Counted from the first letter of the stretch, positions 19,908 through 28,902 are shown. The stretch: 64,000 nt of DNA from Candidatus Gottesmanbacteria bacterium GW2011_GWC1_43_10 (GCA_000995415.1 LCEX01000008.1:8398-72397); one strand, 5' to 3'. Notes: a model not told the origin generated them from the letters alone. Numbers and translations are program-made.

Positions 19908-20780
19908 ATGAACCTGATGCGGAGAATACGCCAAATTTTGATAGTAGGACTTATTCTGATGGCCTCAGGAATTGGCCTGCTATTTGCGTCTAAATCTATT
20001 ATCCTTAAACCTACTATCACTGCTTCTCCGCTACCTTCTCCTACGTCTACGCCAAAACCAACACCTACCCCCAGTCCGAGTCCCCTCACTTTTGCCCAGA
20101 TGAATGAACGTTTTGGTCCGTGTGCGTTTGTGCCGGTACTCATGTATCACCATGTCCAAAACTTGGATCAGGCCAAAGCCGAAGGCCACCAGTCTTTGAC
20201 AGTGGGTGATGATTATTTCCGGCAGCAACTAGTGTACTTACGGGATCACGGATATCAAGTAATCAGAACGCAGGATTTAATCAACTTTTTTGAAACCGGC
20301 ACCTCCGTCCCATCCAAATCAGTTTTACTCACCTTTGATGATGGTTATGTGGATTTTAATACTACCGCATATCCTATCCTTAAAGAATTTGGATACTCGG
20401 CCACTGTCTTTTTGTCCACTGGACTCACGGAAAATCCGGGATATTTAAGCTGGAATGCAATCAGTGATATGAATAATTCAGGTCTGGTTCTCTTTGCCAA
20501 CCATACTTGGTCGCATCGCAATGTCGGAGCTGAAAACGCGGTCGTAGAAAAAGAAATAGGAACCGCTGATACCCAACTTAAAGAGCATGGGCTTAATTCT
20601 CCCAAGGTTTTTGCTTATCCTTACGGCTTCCAAAGCGACTTTGCCGAAACATATCTTGCCCAAAACGGCTATCAATTGGCTTTTACCACGAATCCGGGAT
20701 CTACCCAGTGCAAAAAACTGCGTTTTGAACTACCTAGGCTGCGGATCGGCAACGCCACCCTGACCGAGTATGGGTTTTGA
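19908..20780 (+). CDS. Polysaccharide deacetylase (CE4/NodB domain) with N-terminal TM and Pro/Thr linker
   Basis: LTFDDGYVDF...ATVFLSTG...HTWSHRN NodB motifs. Confidence 0.8.
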   Translation: MNLMRRIRQILIVGLILMASGIGLLFASKSIILKPTITASPLPSPTSTPKPTPTPSPSPLTFAQMNERFGPCAFVPVLMYHHVQNLDQAKAEGHQSLTVGDDYFRQQLVYLRDHGYQVIRTQDLINFFETGTSVPSKSVLLTFDDGYVDFNTTAYPILKEFGYSATVFLSTGLTENPGYLSWNAISDMNNSGLVLFANHTWSHRNVGAENAVVEKEIGTADTQLKEHGLNSPKVFAYPYGFQSDFAETYLAQNGYQLAFTTNPGSTQCKKLRFELPRLRIGNATLTEYGF

Positions 20781-20793
20781 TTGACATCAAACT

Positions 20794-21120
20794 TCAGATA
20801 TCAAATTTTGATGCGGCGTATTGAGGTAGCTCAATTGGTTTCCCGTTTACCGGGATTTTAAGTGTCCACCCCAATGTGTTTGCGACAGCCACTCCCACGC
20901 GTACGCCGGTAAACGATCCGGGACCGGGATGAACTTTAATATCCGTCAAATCTTTGAGGGTTAACTTTTCACTTTGTAAAGCTTTTTCAATGAGCGGTAG
21001 TACATTTTGCGATCTGGTTTCTTTGTTTGTGACTTCTACATATTCTTTGCGTATCCCATCAATAATTAGAGCCACTGTGGTTTTACCACTATCTGACGTG
21101 TCAATATATAGAGTTATCAT
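20794..21120 (-). CDS. tsaB: tRNA t6A37 biosynthesis protein TsaB (short, N-terminal-domain-only form)
   Basis: ITLYIDTSDS...HPGPGSFTGVRVGVAVANTLGWTLKIPV is the YeaZ/TsaB signature. Only 108 aa. Confidence 0.65.
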   Translation of the reverse strand: MITLYIDTSDSGKTTVALIIDGIRKEYVEVTNKETRSQNVLPLIEKALQSEKLTLKDLTDIKVHPGPGSFTGVRVGVAVANTLGWTLKIPVNGKPIELPQYAASKFDI

Positions 21121-21124
21121 AATC

Positions 21125-21236
21125 TATTTGTTCATAACTCCACCAAACCTCCTCTTGTCTCAAGAGGAGAAATTCCCTCCCTTAAATTAAGAAAGGGCTA
21201 GCCTGCCTGCCGGCAGGCAGGGGTGAGTTATTAAGT
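21125..21236. repeat. Family-2-related palindromic repeat between tsaB and tsaC, including a CCTGCCTGCCGGCAGGCAGG palindrome
   Basis: TTCATAACTCCACC...CCTCCTCTTGTCTCAAGAGGAG...CCTGCCTGCCGGCAGGCAGGGGTGAGTTATTAAG. Confidence 0.5.
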
Positions 21237-21809
21237 AATTAATTTAACACTCCCTTGTCTCAAAATCTTTACTGGTTCTTGAGAACAATCAACTACAGTT
21301 GAAGCTTGACCACTAGTTGTACCTCCAGGCAAAACCAAGTCTACGAGCTTAATAAGTTCCGGATCCATCTCAGATCGGGAAATGGGAGTTGGCGCCCCAT
21401 GAAAATTGGCCGAAGGGCCCAAGATGGGCACTCCCGCTTGTTTAATTATTTTGAGTAACTGCGGCTGGTTTGGCATCCGAAGTCCCAAGTTTTCACGACC
21501 ACCACGAACAGGGGAGTAGACCAAATCTTTTTTACATTTATAAATAATGGTGAGTGCCCCCGGCCAATACTTCTCAACCAAATGTCGCACAATCTGGGAA
21601 GGGGAATCCCAGTAGGAAAGTGCCATTTCAACTTCGGAAACCAATACCGGTGTCGCCTGCATCAAGGGCCGCCTGCGAATCCGGAATAACCGATCAATTG
21701 CCTGAGGTCTATCAATCCGACACCCCATACCCCAAACCGTATCAGTCGGAAAAATGATAATACCACCCTGGTTTAATACTTCAATTGCTTTTTCTACTCC
21801 AATATCCAT
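21231..21809 (-). CDS. tsaC: L-threonylcarbamoyladenylate synthase (YrdC/TsaC)
   Basis: GGIIIFPTDTVWGMGCRI...RIRRRP YrdC motifs. 192 aa. Confidence 0.8.
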   Translation of the reverse strand: MDIGVEKAIEVLNQGGIIIFPTDTVWGMGCRIDRPQAIDRLFRIRRRPLMQATPVLVSEVEMALSYWDSPSQIVRHLVEKYWPGALTIIYKCKKDLVYSPVRGGRENLGLRMPNQPQLLKIIKQAGVPILGPSANFHGAPTPISRSEMDPELIKLVDLVLPGGTTSGQASTVVDCSQEPVKILRQGSVKLIT

Positions 21810-22158
21810 AATATAATTCTCAAATTTTCGTTTTTAACCCTTGAAGTGTTTTGCGACATTTTTCTTTTTTAATGCCATTTGAAGTGTTTGCGTAGATTTT
21901 CTTACAAGTGAGTAAGGTGAGGAAACGGCCTCCTGGTCCGAGGTGCTCCTCCCGATACGAACGCAGTTAGAAAATCAACCTGCCTGCCGGCAGGCAGGGC
22001 AAACCTTCACTGGCCGGCTTTCTTTGCTTCATTTCTTGGGCAAGCAAGAAATGAAGAATGATAAAAAAATCAATTTGAACTATGACTTATGTAATTTATT
22101 TTATAAGATTGCCGCGTCGGGACGTACCGTCTGGTACATCCCTCCTCGCAATGACAAA

Positions 22159-22617
22159 CTACGTAACCCTTATTAAATTTTTAATTGAAACAAGTCTTTC
22201 TGTTTCCGACATTTGCTTAAATTCAATTCTAATTACTTGTTTTGGTAATCCTAACCCCAACCTCTCCGGCCACTCGATAACAACTAAATTTTCCGGATTT
22301 GCAAAAATTTCCTCCAAACCCAAACTTTCAACCTTATTTTGTTCACCCAACCGATACAAATCAATATGAATTAATTTTTTAAAAATAGAATTTTTTAAAA
22401 GGTATTCCCTACTCAAAATAAAAGTGGGGGAGAGGATGCGTTTTTTGATACCTAATCCGCGTGCCAATCCTTGGACAAAAGTAGTTTTCCCACTCCCCAA
22501 TTCCCCACTTAGAGTGAGGATAGTAGCCTGTTTCCCTTTTCCATTTTTTATTAAAGAATGTCCAATTTTTTCGCCAAGTTTTTGAGTTTCTTGGGCGCTT
22601 GTGGTAAGTATTTCCAT
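22159..22617 (-). CDS. tsaE: tRNA t6A37 biosynthesis ATPase TsaE
   Basis: TLSGELGSGKTTFVQGLARGLGI...SPTFIL. 152 aa. Confidence 0.8.
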   Translation of the reverse strand: MEILTTSAQETQKLGEKIGHSLIKNGKGKQATILTLSGELGSGKTTFVQGLARGLGIKKRILSPTFILSREYLLKNSIFKKLIHIDLYRLGEQNKVESLGLEEIFANPENLVVIEWPERLGLGLPKQVIRIEFKQMSETERLVSIKNLIRVT

Positions 22618-22964
22618 AAGTAGACTGCGGCCAGAGAAATCCCAATCGTATCTATAAACACATCCCGGATCCTGCCCTCGCGTGTCGGGGTAAAGACCTG
22701 ATGAATTTCGTCAGTTGCTGCATAAACTACGGCCAAAATAAATGCCCGTGCCCGATTTTGCCAGTCAGGATCATGATTGGTATTTCTGAAAGCCCGAAAC
22801 AAACTCACGTACAAAATCCCGTACTCGATGAGATGTAAAGTTTTGAAAATAGTAAATTGAATGAGATATACATCCGATACCGCCACCCGCGATCGCGCGG
22901 AAAAATAAAAAATCAACCCCATCCAAAAAAAGGCCGGTCCCCAATACTTAAAAAGTTTCACCAC
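22551..22964 (-). CDS. VanZ-like family membrane protein
   Basis: DEIHQVFTPTREGRIRDVFIDTIG VanZ motif, 4 TM. 67-nt overlap with the tsaE start. Confidence 0.6.
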   Translation of the reverse strand: MVKLFKYWGPAFFWMGLIFYFSARSRVAVSDVYLIQFTIFKTLHLIEYGILYVSLFRAFRNTNHDPDWQNRARAFILAVVYAATDEIHQVFTPTREGRIRDVFIDTIGISLAAVYLWKYLPQAPKKLKNLAKKLDIL

Positions 22965-22968
22965 TCCA

Positions 22969-23829
22969 TTATACCAATTTCTGCTTCTGCGTGAGCCAAA
23001 ACGCCAACCCGCCGCCTCCGGCTGAAATCGTGATCCCCAGTCCGACTAAAATCCAACCCAGAGGTAAACCGCTGCCCGTATCTGTTTCCGTTTGTGGTGA
23101 GGGCGGAACCACGGCCAACGTCTCTGTTTCCGCACTCACCGTAGTCTCACCCAAAACTTCGGGAGTCAACGTCGGCGACGAAATCAGACTGGGCCTAATC
23201 GTAGGGCGTGGAGTCGGTGACTTGACTAAAGGCGTCGGAGTCGGCTGCGGTGAAGCTATTGGAGTAGGGGTAGGGGTTGGCGTCGCTTCGGGCGCAGGAG
23301 TCGCAGTGGGAGTTGGGTCTGGTGTTGGAGTAGGAGTTGGCGGAACCAAATCCAAACACCGGGTTGGTGACTTGGTTGGCGTCTGGTTTTCCTGCCAAGT
23401 TTCGCCATCAGGAATTCTGGCAAAGGACTTATCAGTTGCAGTATTTGTATACGGATAACTATCTACGACAGTTCCGTTCAAATCGAACAAAGTAGGTGTG
23501 TCTCCGTTATTATTAAGATACGTTGACAACTCCCAATAACAAGTAGCTTGTGAAGTGAGTAACCCCGACAATGCGATTTTACCGCTAGATCCGCTATCAG
23601 AACTAAAATTTGTATCATCATCAAAATAATAATTTGATAGATCAATTGAGTCCGTTTCGGAATTATAAAATTCCACCCATTCCGGGTTTCCGGTTGATGG
23701 AGCCGGAAGAAATTCGTTAATTTTTACTTGAGCATGAATAAACGATGCGAGAAATAAGAACAACACAAGAAGAAATAGATTCGTTATTATTTGTCTTACC
23801 GGAATGAAATTTACTTCCGACAGTGTCAT
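22969..23829 (-). CDS. Lamin-tail-domain (LTD) surface protein with PT-rich linker and C-terminal TM anchor
   Basis: VKINEFLPAPSTGNPEWVEFYN LTD signature, a long P/T-rich tract, C-terminal hydrophobic segment plus KQK. Confidence 0.6.
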   Translation of the reverse strand: MTLSEVNFIPVRQIITNLFLLVLFLFLASFIHAQVKINEFLPAPSTGNPEWVEFYNSETDSIDLSNYYFDDDTNFSSDSGSSGKIALSGLLTSQATCYWELSTYLNNNGDTPTLFDLNGTVVDSYPYTNTATDKSFARIPDGETWQENQTPTKSPTRCLDLVPPTPTPTPDPTPTATPAPEATPTPTPTPIASPQPTPTPLVKSPTPRPTIRPSLISSPTLTPEVLGETTVSAETETLAVVPPSPQTETDTGSGLPLGWILVGLGITISAGGGGLAFWLTQKQKLV

Positions 23830-23841
23830 TTAACTTAAATT

Positions 23842-24996
23842 TTACTGCGGGATCATGTGTAAATACCAACTCGTGATCCCGTCACCTTGATCAACTTTCG
23901 CATAGTATAGTGTTCCGGCATAAGTACCGCCACATTGAAATGAACCGGCATAAAGTTTGCCACTTTTTACAGCTTTGACTGAATTATCAGCTGAGTCCAT
24001 ATCTATCCCATAATGTACTCCACCTGGATAAAAAGTTCTGGCAAAGTCATGCGAACCATACCCTTGGTTGATCTGAATTGGTTCTGACATCGGCCAACTC
24101 CAACTACCTCTAGGATTTATCGTGCCATAATAACCATATTGTGAACTCGGATAAGAATAACTGAAACTTACTGACTTTAAATAGTCATTTGGATCCTTGA
24201 TTGATGTTCCCTCATGAACTTCAAAATGTAAATGTGTACCAGATGAGCATCCTGAAGCCCCACCAATCAATGATCCGATTTTGTCTCCTTCGTTGACATT
24301 GCGGAGGAATACTTCTTGTCCTTGACCTAAAGCCACTGCCAATTCTGCTCGTGCCGACGCTAGTAACTCTTGATAAGTCGCTTCGTCATTTTTGGTCACT
24401 TCAAGCAGGGCTTGTTTTGATTGTTTCTGGTTAGCAAGTATGGTTTTTTGCTGTTCAAGTTGTTGTTTCAACTTCTCCTGTTCGGCTTTTTTGAGTTCAC
24501 GCTGGGCTTTTTTGTCACTCACATCAGCTTTGGCGACCTGAACTTCGGTTAAAACCCGGCGATCATGCGTCTGGGCAATCTGGATATATTTGGCTCGACT
24601 CACAAAATCAGTTAGCCCATTGGCAGAAAAAAGCAGTGTCAGATAAGACACACGTTTGACTTTGTACGCCGAAACGATCCGGTTGATCAAAACCTGGGAC
24701 AGATGGGACAAAGTGACATCCAAACCTTCGATTTTTTTATTGAGCTCCCTGATTTCAATTTCCAACTGGTTGATTTTTTCAACTGAATTGGAGATTTGTA
24801 GTGTCGTCAGTTTGATCCGCTGATCCATCGCGGTGATCTCGGCACTCAATGTCTGGGCCTGGGCCTGGGTCTGGGAAAGTTTTTGCGTCAGATCATCAAT
24901 TTGTTTTTGCAGATCCTGGATTTGATCGCCCGCGGCCGGAGTGACCGCCATTACAAATAGAATTACGAGCAGTATTCCCGTCAGTAGTTTTTTCAT
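23842..24996 (-). CDS. M23 family peptidase with N-terminal coiled coil (EnvC-like FtsEX partner)
   Basis: GCSSGTHLHFEVHEG M23 motif plus long coiled coil. The start is set at MKKLLTGILL (24996); the ORF-track extension to 25113 translates a palindromic repeat. Confidence 0.8.
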   Translation of the reverse strand: MKKLLTGILLVILFVMAVTPAAGDQIQDLQKQIDDLTQKLSQTQAQAQTLSAEITAMDQRIKLTTLQISNSVEKINQLEIEIRELNKKIEGLDVTLSHLSQVLINRIVSAYKVKRVSYLTLLFSANGLTDFVSRAKYIQIAQTHDRRVLTEVQVAKADVSDKKAQRELKKAEQEKLKQQLEQQKTILANQKQSKQALLEVTKNDEATYQELLASARAELAVALGQGQEVFLRNVNEGDKIGSLIGGASGCSSGTHLHFEVHEGTSIKDPNDYLKSVSFSYSYPSSQYGYYGTINPRGSWSWPMSEPIQINQGYGSHDFARTFYPGGVHYGIDMDSADNSVKAVKSGKLYAGSFQCGGTYAGTLYYAKVDQGDGITSWYLHMIPQ

Positions 24997-25003
24997 GACC
25001 GAG

Positions 25004-25172
25004 TCCTTAGAGCCTGTTTGGAAAGTCCCAGTACCCCCCTCTCTTAAGATAAGAGAGGGTTGAGGTGAGTTATGAACGGAATCTGGATTATCTTCATCAT
25101 AACCCCTCCTCACCTCTCCTTATCTTAAGGAGAGGAAGCTAATCGCTATAAACTTTCCAAACAGGCTCTTAG
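25004..25172. repeat. Nested palindromic repeat. Outer 20-bp TIR (CTTAGAGCCTGTTTGGAAAGT / ACTTTCCAAACAGGCTCTTAG) encloses a family-2 element
   Basis: Inner CCCCCCTCTCTTAAGATAAGAGAGGGTTGAGGTGAGTTATGAA...ATAACCCCTCCTCACCTCTCCTTATCTTAAGGAGAGG. It lies between the M23 peptidase gene and ftsX and is translated as a spurious N-terminal extension in the ORF track. Confidence 0.65.
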
Positions 25173-26038
25173 TTTCGTAAATACCGATTGATGGCTAATA
25201 CGCTCGCGAGGATACCCAAAAAAGTCCCTAAAGCTAACATCATGGCCAGAAAAATCGCATAAAATACCAAAGGGATCGGAAACAGAGGTATACCTACAAA
25301 TAGCGGCATCAAAAGCGGCGACGCGTAGACCAAAATCAACACATTGACTATCCAACCGATCAATGATCCCACCAGTCCATAAATGATCCCCTCGGCCATA
25401 AACGGCATCCGGATATACCAGTTGGCTGCGCCCACGAGCTGTAGTATCTCAATTTCTTCGCGTTTCAAGGCTATCTTCATACTGATAACCGTCACTACCG
25501 TAAATAGCGAAACCAGGCTCAAAAAAATGACCAACAGCATCCCTACTTGCCTGATACTCGTTGTCCAGGAAACCAGGATGTTGACCACATCTTCCGGAAA
25601 CACGATATCTGACACGTCGGCTTCTTTTTTGAGGAGGTTTGCCAGGTCTGGTAAATATTCGATTTTGGTAGCCGAAACTTCAATTGATGCCGGCAAAATA
25701 TCTGCCGACACCATCTCCAAAAGCAATGGATCATTTTTGTACTGCTCTTTGTAGATAGCCAAAGCATCCTCTTTGGACACGAATTTGACTGAAGCCACTT
25801 TGTCCATGAGTTTTAGCCGATCTTGCAATTCATTGACGTCTGCCTCTTTTTTGGTATCTTTGAAAAAGATGATAATTTGCGGTTTTTGTTCAAAATATTT
25901 AAGGACTATAGTCGAACCGACGCTCAAAAGAAAAAACATACCGCTGACCAAAAATGTCAGCGTCATCACTGAAATTGCGGCAAATGCCTGATATGGTGAT
26001 CGTCGGATATGACGCCAGGTGTTGCTAAAAGTGCCCAT
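25169..26038 (-). CDS. ftsX: Cell division permease FtsX
   Basis: 289 aa, 4 TM with a large periplasmic loop. Immediately adjacent to ftsE. Confidence 0.8.
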   Translation of the reverse strand: MGTFSNTWRHIRRSPYQAFAAISVMTLTFLVSGMFFLLSVGSTIVLKYFEQKPQIIIFFKDTKKEADVNELQDRLKLMDKVASVKFVSKEDALAIYKEQYKNDPLLLEMVSADILPASIEVSATKIEYLPDLANLLKKEADVSDIVFPEDVVNILVSWTTSIRQVGMLLVIFLSLVSLFTVVTVISMKIALKREEIEILQLVGAANWYIRMPFMAEGIIYGLVGSLIGWIVNVLILVYASPLLMPLFVGIPLFPIPLVFYAIFLAMMLALGTFLGILASVLAINRYLRN

Positions 26039-26148
26039 AAAATAAATTCAAAAGTTAAAATTCAAAAGGCAAAAGTTCAAGTTAAAAATCAAAAGTTCCT
26101 TACCTTTAAATTTTGAATTGTACTTTTGACTTTTGAATTTTGAATTTT
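26039..26148. repeat. 110-bp AT-rich palindrome (CAAAAGT / ACTTTTG words) separating ftsE and ftsX
   Basis: AATTCAAAAGTTAAAATTCAAAAGGCAAAAGTTCAAG...TTTGAATTGTACTTTTGACTTTTGAATTTTGAATT. Confidence 0.5.
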
Positions 26149-26829
26149 TTATCTGTATTTTCCGCTTTTTTCATCTTTGATGATTTTACCTTTTTTCATA
26201 GAGATGACGCGTTTACGCATACTATTGACGATATCGACGTTGTGTGTGGCCATGATGACAGTCGTACCCAACTTGTTGATTTCTCTTAAAATTTTTAATA
26301 TCTCCCAAGAGGTGGTCGGATCCAGATTTCCGGTCGGCTCATCAGCCAATAATACTTTTGGTCCGCCGACAATTGACCGGGCGTTCGCAATCCGTTGCAA
26401 TTCTCCGGCAGATAATTGTACGGGAAATTGATTTATTTTGTCTGTGAGATCAACCAGTTGCAAGACTTCTTTCACCTTTTTGGTGATCTCGTTTGGCGGT
26501 TTGCCTAAGATCTCGAGAGCAATGGCCACATTTTCACCGACTGTACGGTCAAACAATACTTTAAAATCCTGAAATACCATCGCTACCTGCCGACGCAGTT
26601 CGGGAATTTTTGCTTTCAGTAAAGTGGCAATATTAAGCTTATCAAGAAGTATCGTCCCGTTTGTCGGCACGAGATCGTGGATCAACAATCGCAGGATAGT
26701 AGTTTTGCCCGCTCCAGAAGGTCCGACCAAAAAAACAAATTCTCCGCTTTCGACTTTGAAACTGGTATCGGTCAAAGCTTGAGTTTTATCACCATATGTT
26801 TTTGTGACTTGGTCGAAAGAAATAAACAT
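26149..26829 (-). CDS. ftsE: Cell division ATP-binding protein FtsE
   Basis: Walker A GPSGAGKTT, ABC signature LSAGELQR, 226 aa. Confidence 0.9.
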   Translation of the reverse strand: MFISFDQVTKTYGDKTQALTDTSFKVESGEFVFLVGPSGAGKTTILRLLIHDLVPTNGTILLDKLNIATLLKAKIPELRRQVAMVFQDFKVLFDRTVGENVAIALEILGKPPNEITKKVKEVLQLVDLTDKINQFPVQLSAGELQRIANARSIVGGPKVLLADEPTGNLDPTTSWEILKILREINKLGTTVIMATHNVDIVNSMRKRVISMKKGKIIKDEKSGKYR

Positions 26830-26847
26830 AGACAGGTCCGGTAAATA

Positions 26848-27108
26848 TTAATCCACATTGCTTCGTGCATAGCGCAAAAGCTGCATCCGCTTCTCCATAT
26901 CTTGAGTCTCAAGTTTACGGATTTCCTGATCTAGAGTAGTCACCGCCCGCGCCGAAAGCACATTGAGACTCGCTGACACCACCGCGCCAACTACAATTGA
27001 CAGACAAAAAACCAGGACGAGCGTGCGAACAATAATGATTTTTGGCGCTTTTTCCAAATGTTTTTCCCATTTACCTAAGCGCCGCCACCATACCATATAT
27101 TTATTCAA
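26848..27108 (-). CDS. FtsB/DivIC-like septum protein (single TM plus coiled coil)
   Basis: 86 aa. TM followed by a heptad-like LDQEIRKLETQDMEKRMQLL. Confidence 0.4.
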   Translation of the reverse strand: MNKYMVWWRRLGKWEKHLEKAPKIIIVRTLVLVFCLSIVVGAVVSASLNVLSARAVTTLDQEIRKLETQDMEKRMQLLRYARSNVD

Positions 27109-27586
27109 GTAATTCCAGCCGGCCTACATCCATGAACCAACCGGCTTTTTGTGCGGCAAATGTCTGTCCAAACACCTTTACCTTTTTGCCGACATAATCA
27201 TCCAGAGGAACTGTTGAAGAAGTCAGATACACATCTTGCGATGGTCCACCCGGCCGTTCCAAATGATGACTACCTTCATTATCTACACCGCCTTCCCGAA
27301 GCATACCTTCAGCGCTGTCTTTAAAAGTTGCAGTATCCTCTACCCCAACCGCTTTTGCCAAACCTTCTTTAGTCTTACCAGCATTGGATAAGGATCCACC
27401 AACTTTTCCACCTCCGGATTGGGCCAACACGTATCCGGTAAATACACCTGCTATGATAATACTTAAGCCAACCAATACTACTGGTAATTTGATCGTCACT
27501 TTAGTCTCCTTTACTGGTTCCAGTTCCTTGATGATGGGGGTCGCTTCTTTCGTTTCCGGAACCTTTTTTTCGGTCTGCTTGGGCAT
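27101..27586 (-). CDS. Membrane-anchored hypothetical protein
   Basis: 161 aa, Lys/Glu-rich N-terminus, one TM, no recognised domain. ATGA-type overlap with the downstream gene. Confidence 0.4.
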   Translation of the reverse strand: MPKQTEKKVPETKEATPIIKELEPVKETKVTIKLPVVLVGLSIIIAGVFTGYVLAQSGGGKVGGSLSNAGKTKEGLAKAVGVEDTATFKDSAEGMLREGGVDNEGSHHLERPGGPSQDVYLTSSTVPLDDYVGKKVKVFGQTFAAQKAGWFMDVGRLELLE

Positions 27587-27649
27587 AAACTTTTCCCTTC
27601 CATTACAGCATACGCATTTTGTAAGATTTTTTCAAGTGAGTAAGCAAAA

Positions 27650-28666
27650 TTACGATCGGATCGAAAACTTCTTTAAATAACTTTCAATAAACGGATCCAA
27701 GCCGCCATCCAAAACCGCATCTGTATTGGAAGTTTCATAATCTGTACGTAAGTCTTTCACCATATGATAAGGGTGCAAGACATAACTTCTGATCTGGTTC
27801 CCCCACCCGGGTTTTTTGTAAACTCCGCGCATATCTTTTTGGGCTTGAGTCCGTCTTTCTTCTTCAATTTCCCAAAGTTTGGCCCGCAATATTTTCAGAG
27901 CATTTTCCCGGTTTTGGCCTTGATAACGTTCTTGTTGGCAAGTGACGATGATTCCGGTGGGTTTGTGTTTAAGTCGCACGGCTGTAGAAACTTTATTTAC
28001 ATTTTGTCCGCCCTTTCCACCTGAGCGGTAAAATTCCCATTCCAAATCAGTTTCCGGTATGTCTATTTCAGTCGTATCTTCAATCACCGGCAAAACCTCG
28101 ACCAGTGCAAAAGAAGTTTGCCGAAGTTTATCGGCATTAAATGGTGACTGACGCACCAATCGGTGTGTCCCGGCCTCACATTTGAGCATGCCATAGGCAA
28201 AAGCGCCATTGACCGTGATGGTCACACTTTTGATCCCGGCTTCATCTCCGGGCGTATATTCTATTTCTTCCCAAGTCCAACCTTTGCTTTCAATAAAACG
28301 GCTATACATCCGAAACAACATGCTCGACCAATCCATGGCTTCAGTCCCACCTTGTCCGGCATGGATAGCCAAAATCGCATCACTTCGGTCATAAGTGCCG
28401 GAAAGGAAAACTTTGATTTCCATTTTTTCGACCAGTTTCCTAAGTTCCGTCTCATTCCCCTCGGCGACTAACATTTCCAAAAACTCCCCTTCTTCAACTT
28501 CTTTTTGCAAGGCAGCCAGTTCCTTCATTTTGGCTGTGGCCCTGACCTGGTCCTGCCAAAACGCCGGATCTGAGGCTTCTTTGCCCAGATCTTCAATCTT
28601 GAGTTTGGTTTGGGGAATATTTAGCTTGTGCAAAATGTCTGCAACTCGCTGTTTTAATTCGTCCAT
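27650..28666 (-). CDS. prfB: Peptide chain release factor 2
   Basis: GGQ motif ([11 protein letters not shown]) and SPF tripeptide (QSPFNAD). Contiguous ORF with no CTT TGA C frameshift site. Confidence 0.9.
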   Translation of the reverse strand: MDELKQRVADILHKLNIPQTKLKIEDLGKEASDPAFWQDQVRATAKMKELAALQKEVEEGEFLEMLVAEGNETELRKLVEKMEIKVFLSGTYDRSDAILAIHAGQGGTEAMDWSSMLFRMYSRFIESKGWTWEEIEYTPGDEAGIKSVTITVNGAFAYGMLKCEAGTHRLVRQSPFNADKLRQTSFALVEVLPVIEDTTEIDIPETDLEWEFYRSGGKGGQNVNKVSTAVRLKHKPTGIIVTCQQERYQGQNRENALKILRAKLWEIEEERRTQAQKDMRGVYKKPGWGNQIRSYVLHPYHMVKDLRTDYETSNTDAVLDGGLDPFIESYLKKFSIRS

Positions 28667-28902
28667 AGTGTGGTAATTGTACGGCTAAGTGGGAATTTTC
28701 ACAAATATAGAAGGGGTTAGTAACAGTTCACTTTTTGATACTAAAGTTGTTGTTCGAGCGTAGTCGAGAACTATATTACGGAAACTTCCCTGCCAACAGG
28801 CAGGTCAACTCACTACGTTCGTTCGAAAAATAAAATATCGGGGATCTGATAAATTACCCCTTATATTGAGGTAAACCTGTTATAATTCAGATAATAACAA
28901 GT

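Noticed and set aside
19823-20143. 106-aa minus-strand ORF with GVG repeats
   Set aside because: It is antisense to the PT-rich linker of the CE4 deacetylase (19908..20780), which has clear NodB motifs.
22991-23458. 155-aa Gly/Val-rich ORF on the plus strand
   Set aside because: It is antisense to the Pro/Thr-rich linker of the LTD protein. The GC-rich codons (CCN/ACN) read backwards give GGN/GTN. This is a classic shadow ORF.
24997-25113. 39-aa N-terminal extension of the M23 peptidase ORF (MRRGYDEDNPDSVHNSPQPSLILREGGTGTFQTGSKDSV)
   Set aside because: This stretch is the translation of the nested palindromic repeat 25004..25172. A proper signal-anchor start (MKKLLTGILL) exists at 24996.
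28600-28700. Programmed +1 frameshift site in prfB
   Set aside because: I looked for CTTTGAC and a short upstream ORF on the minus strand around the start. None is present, and the ORF is contiguous from MDELKQ.
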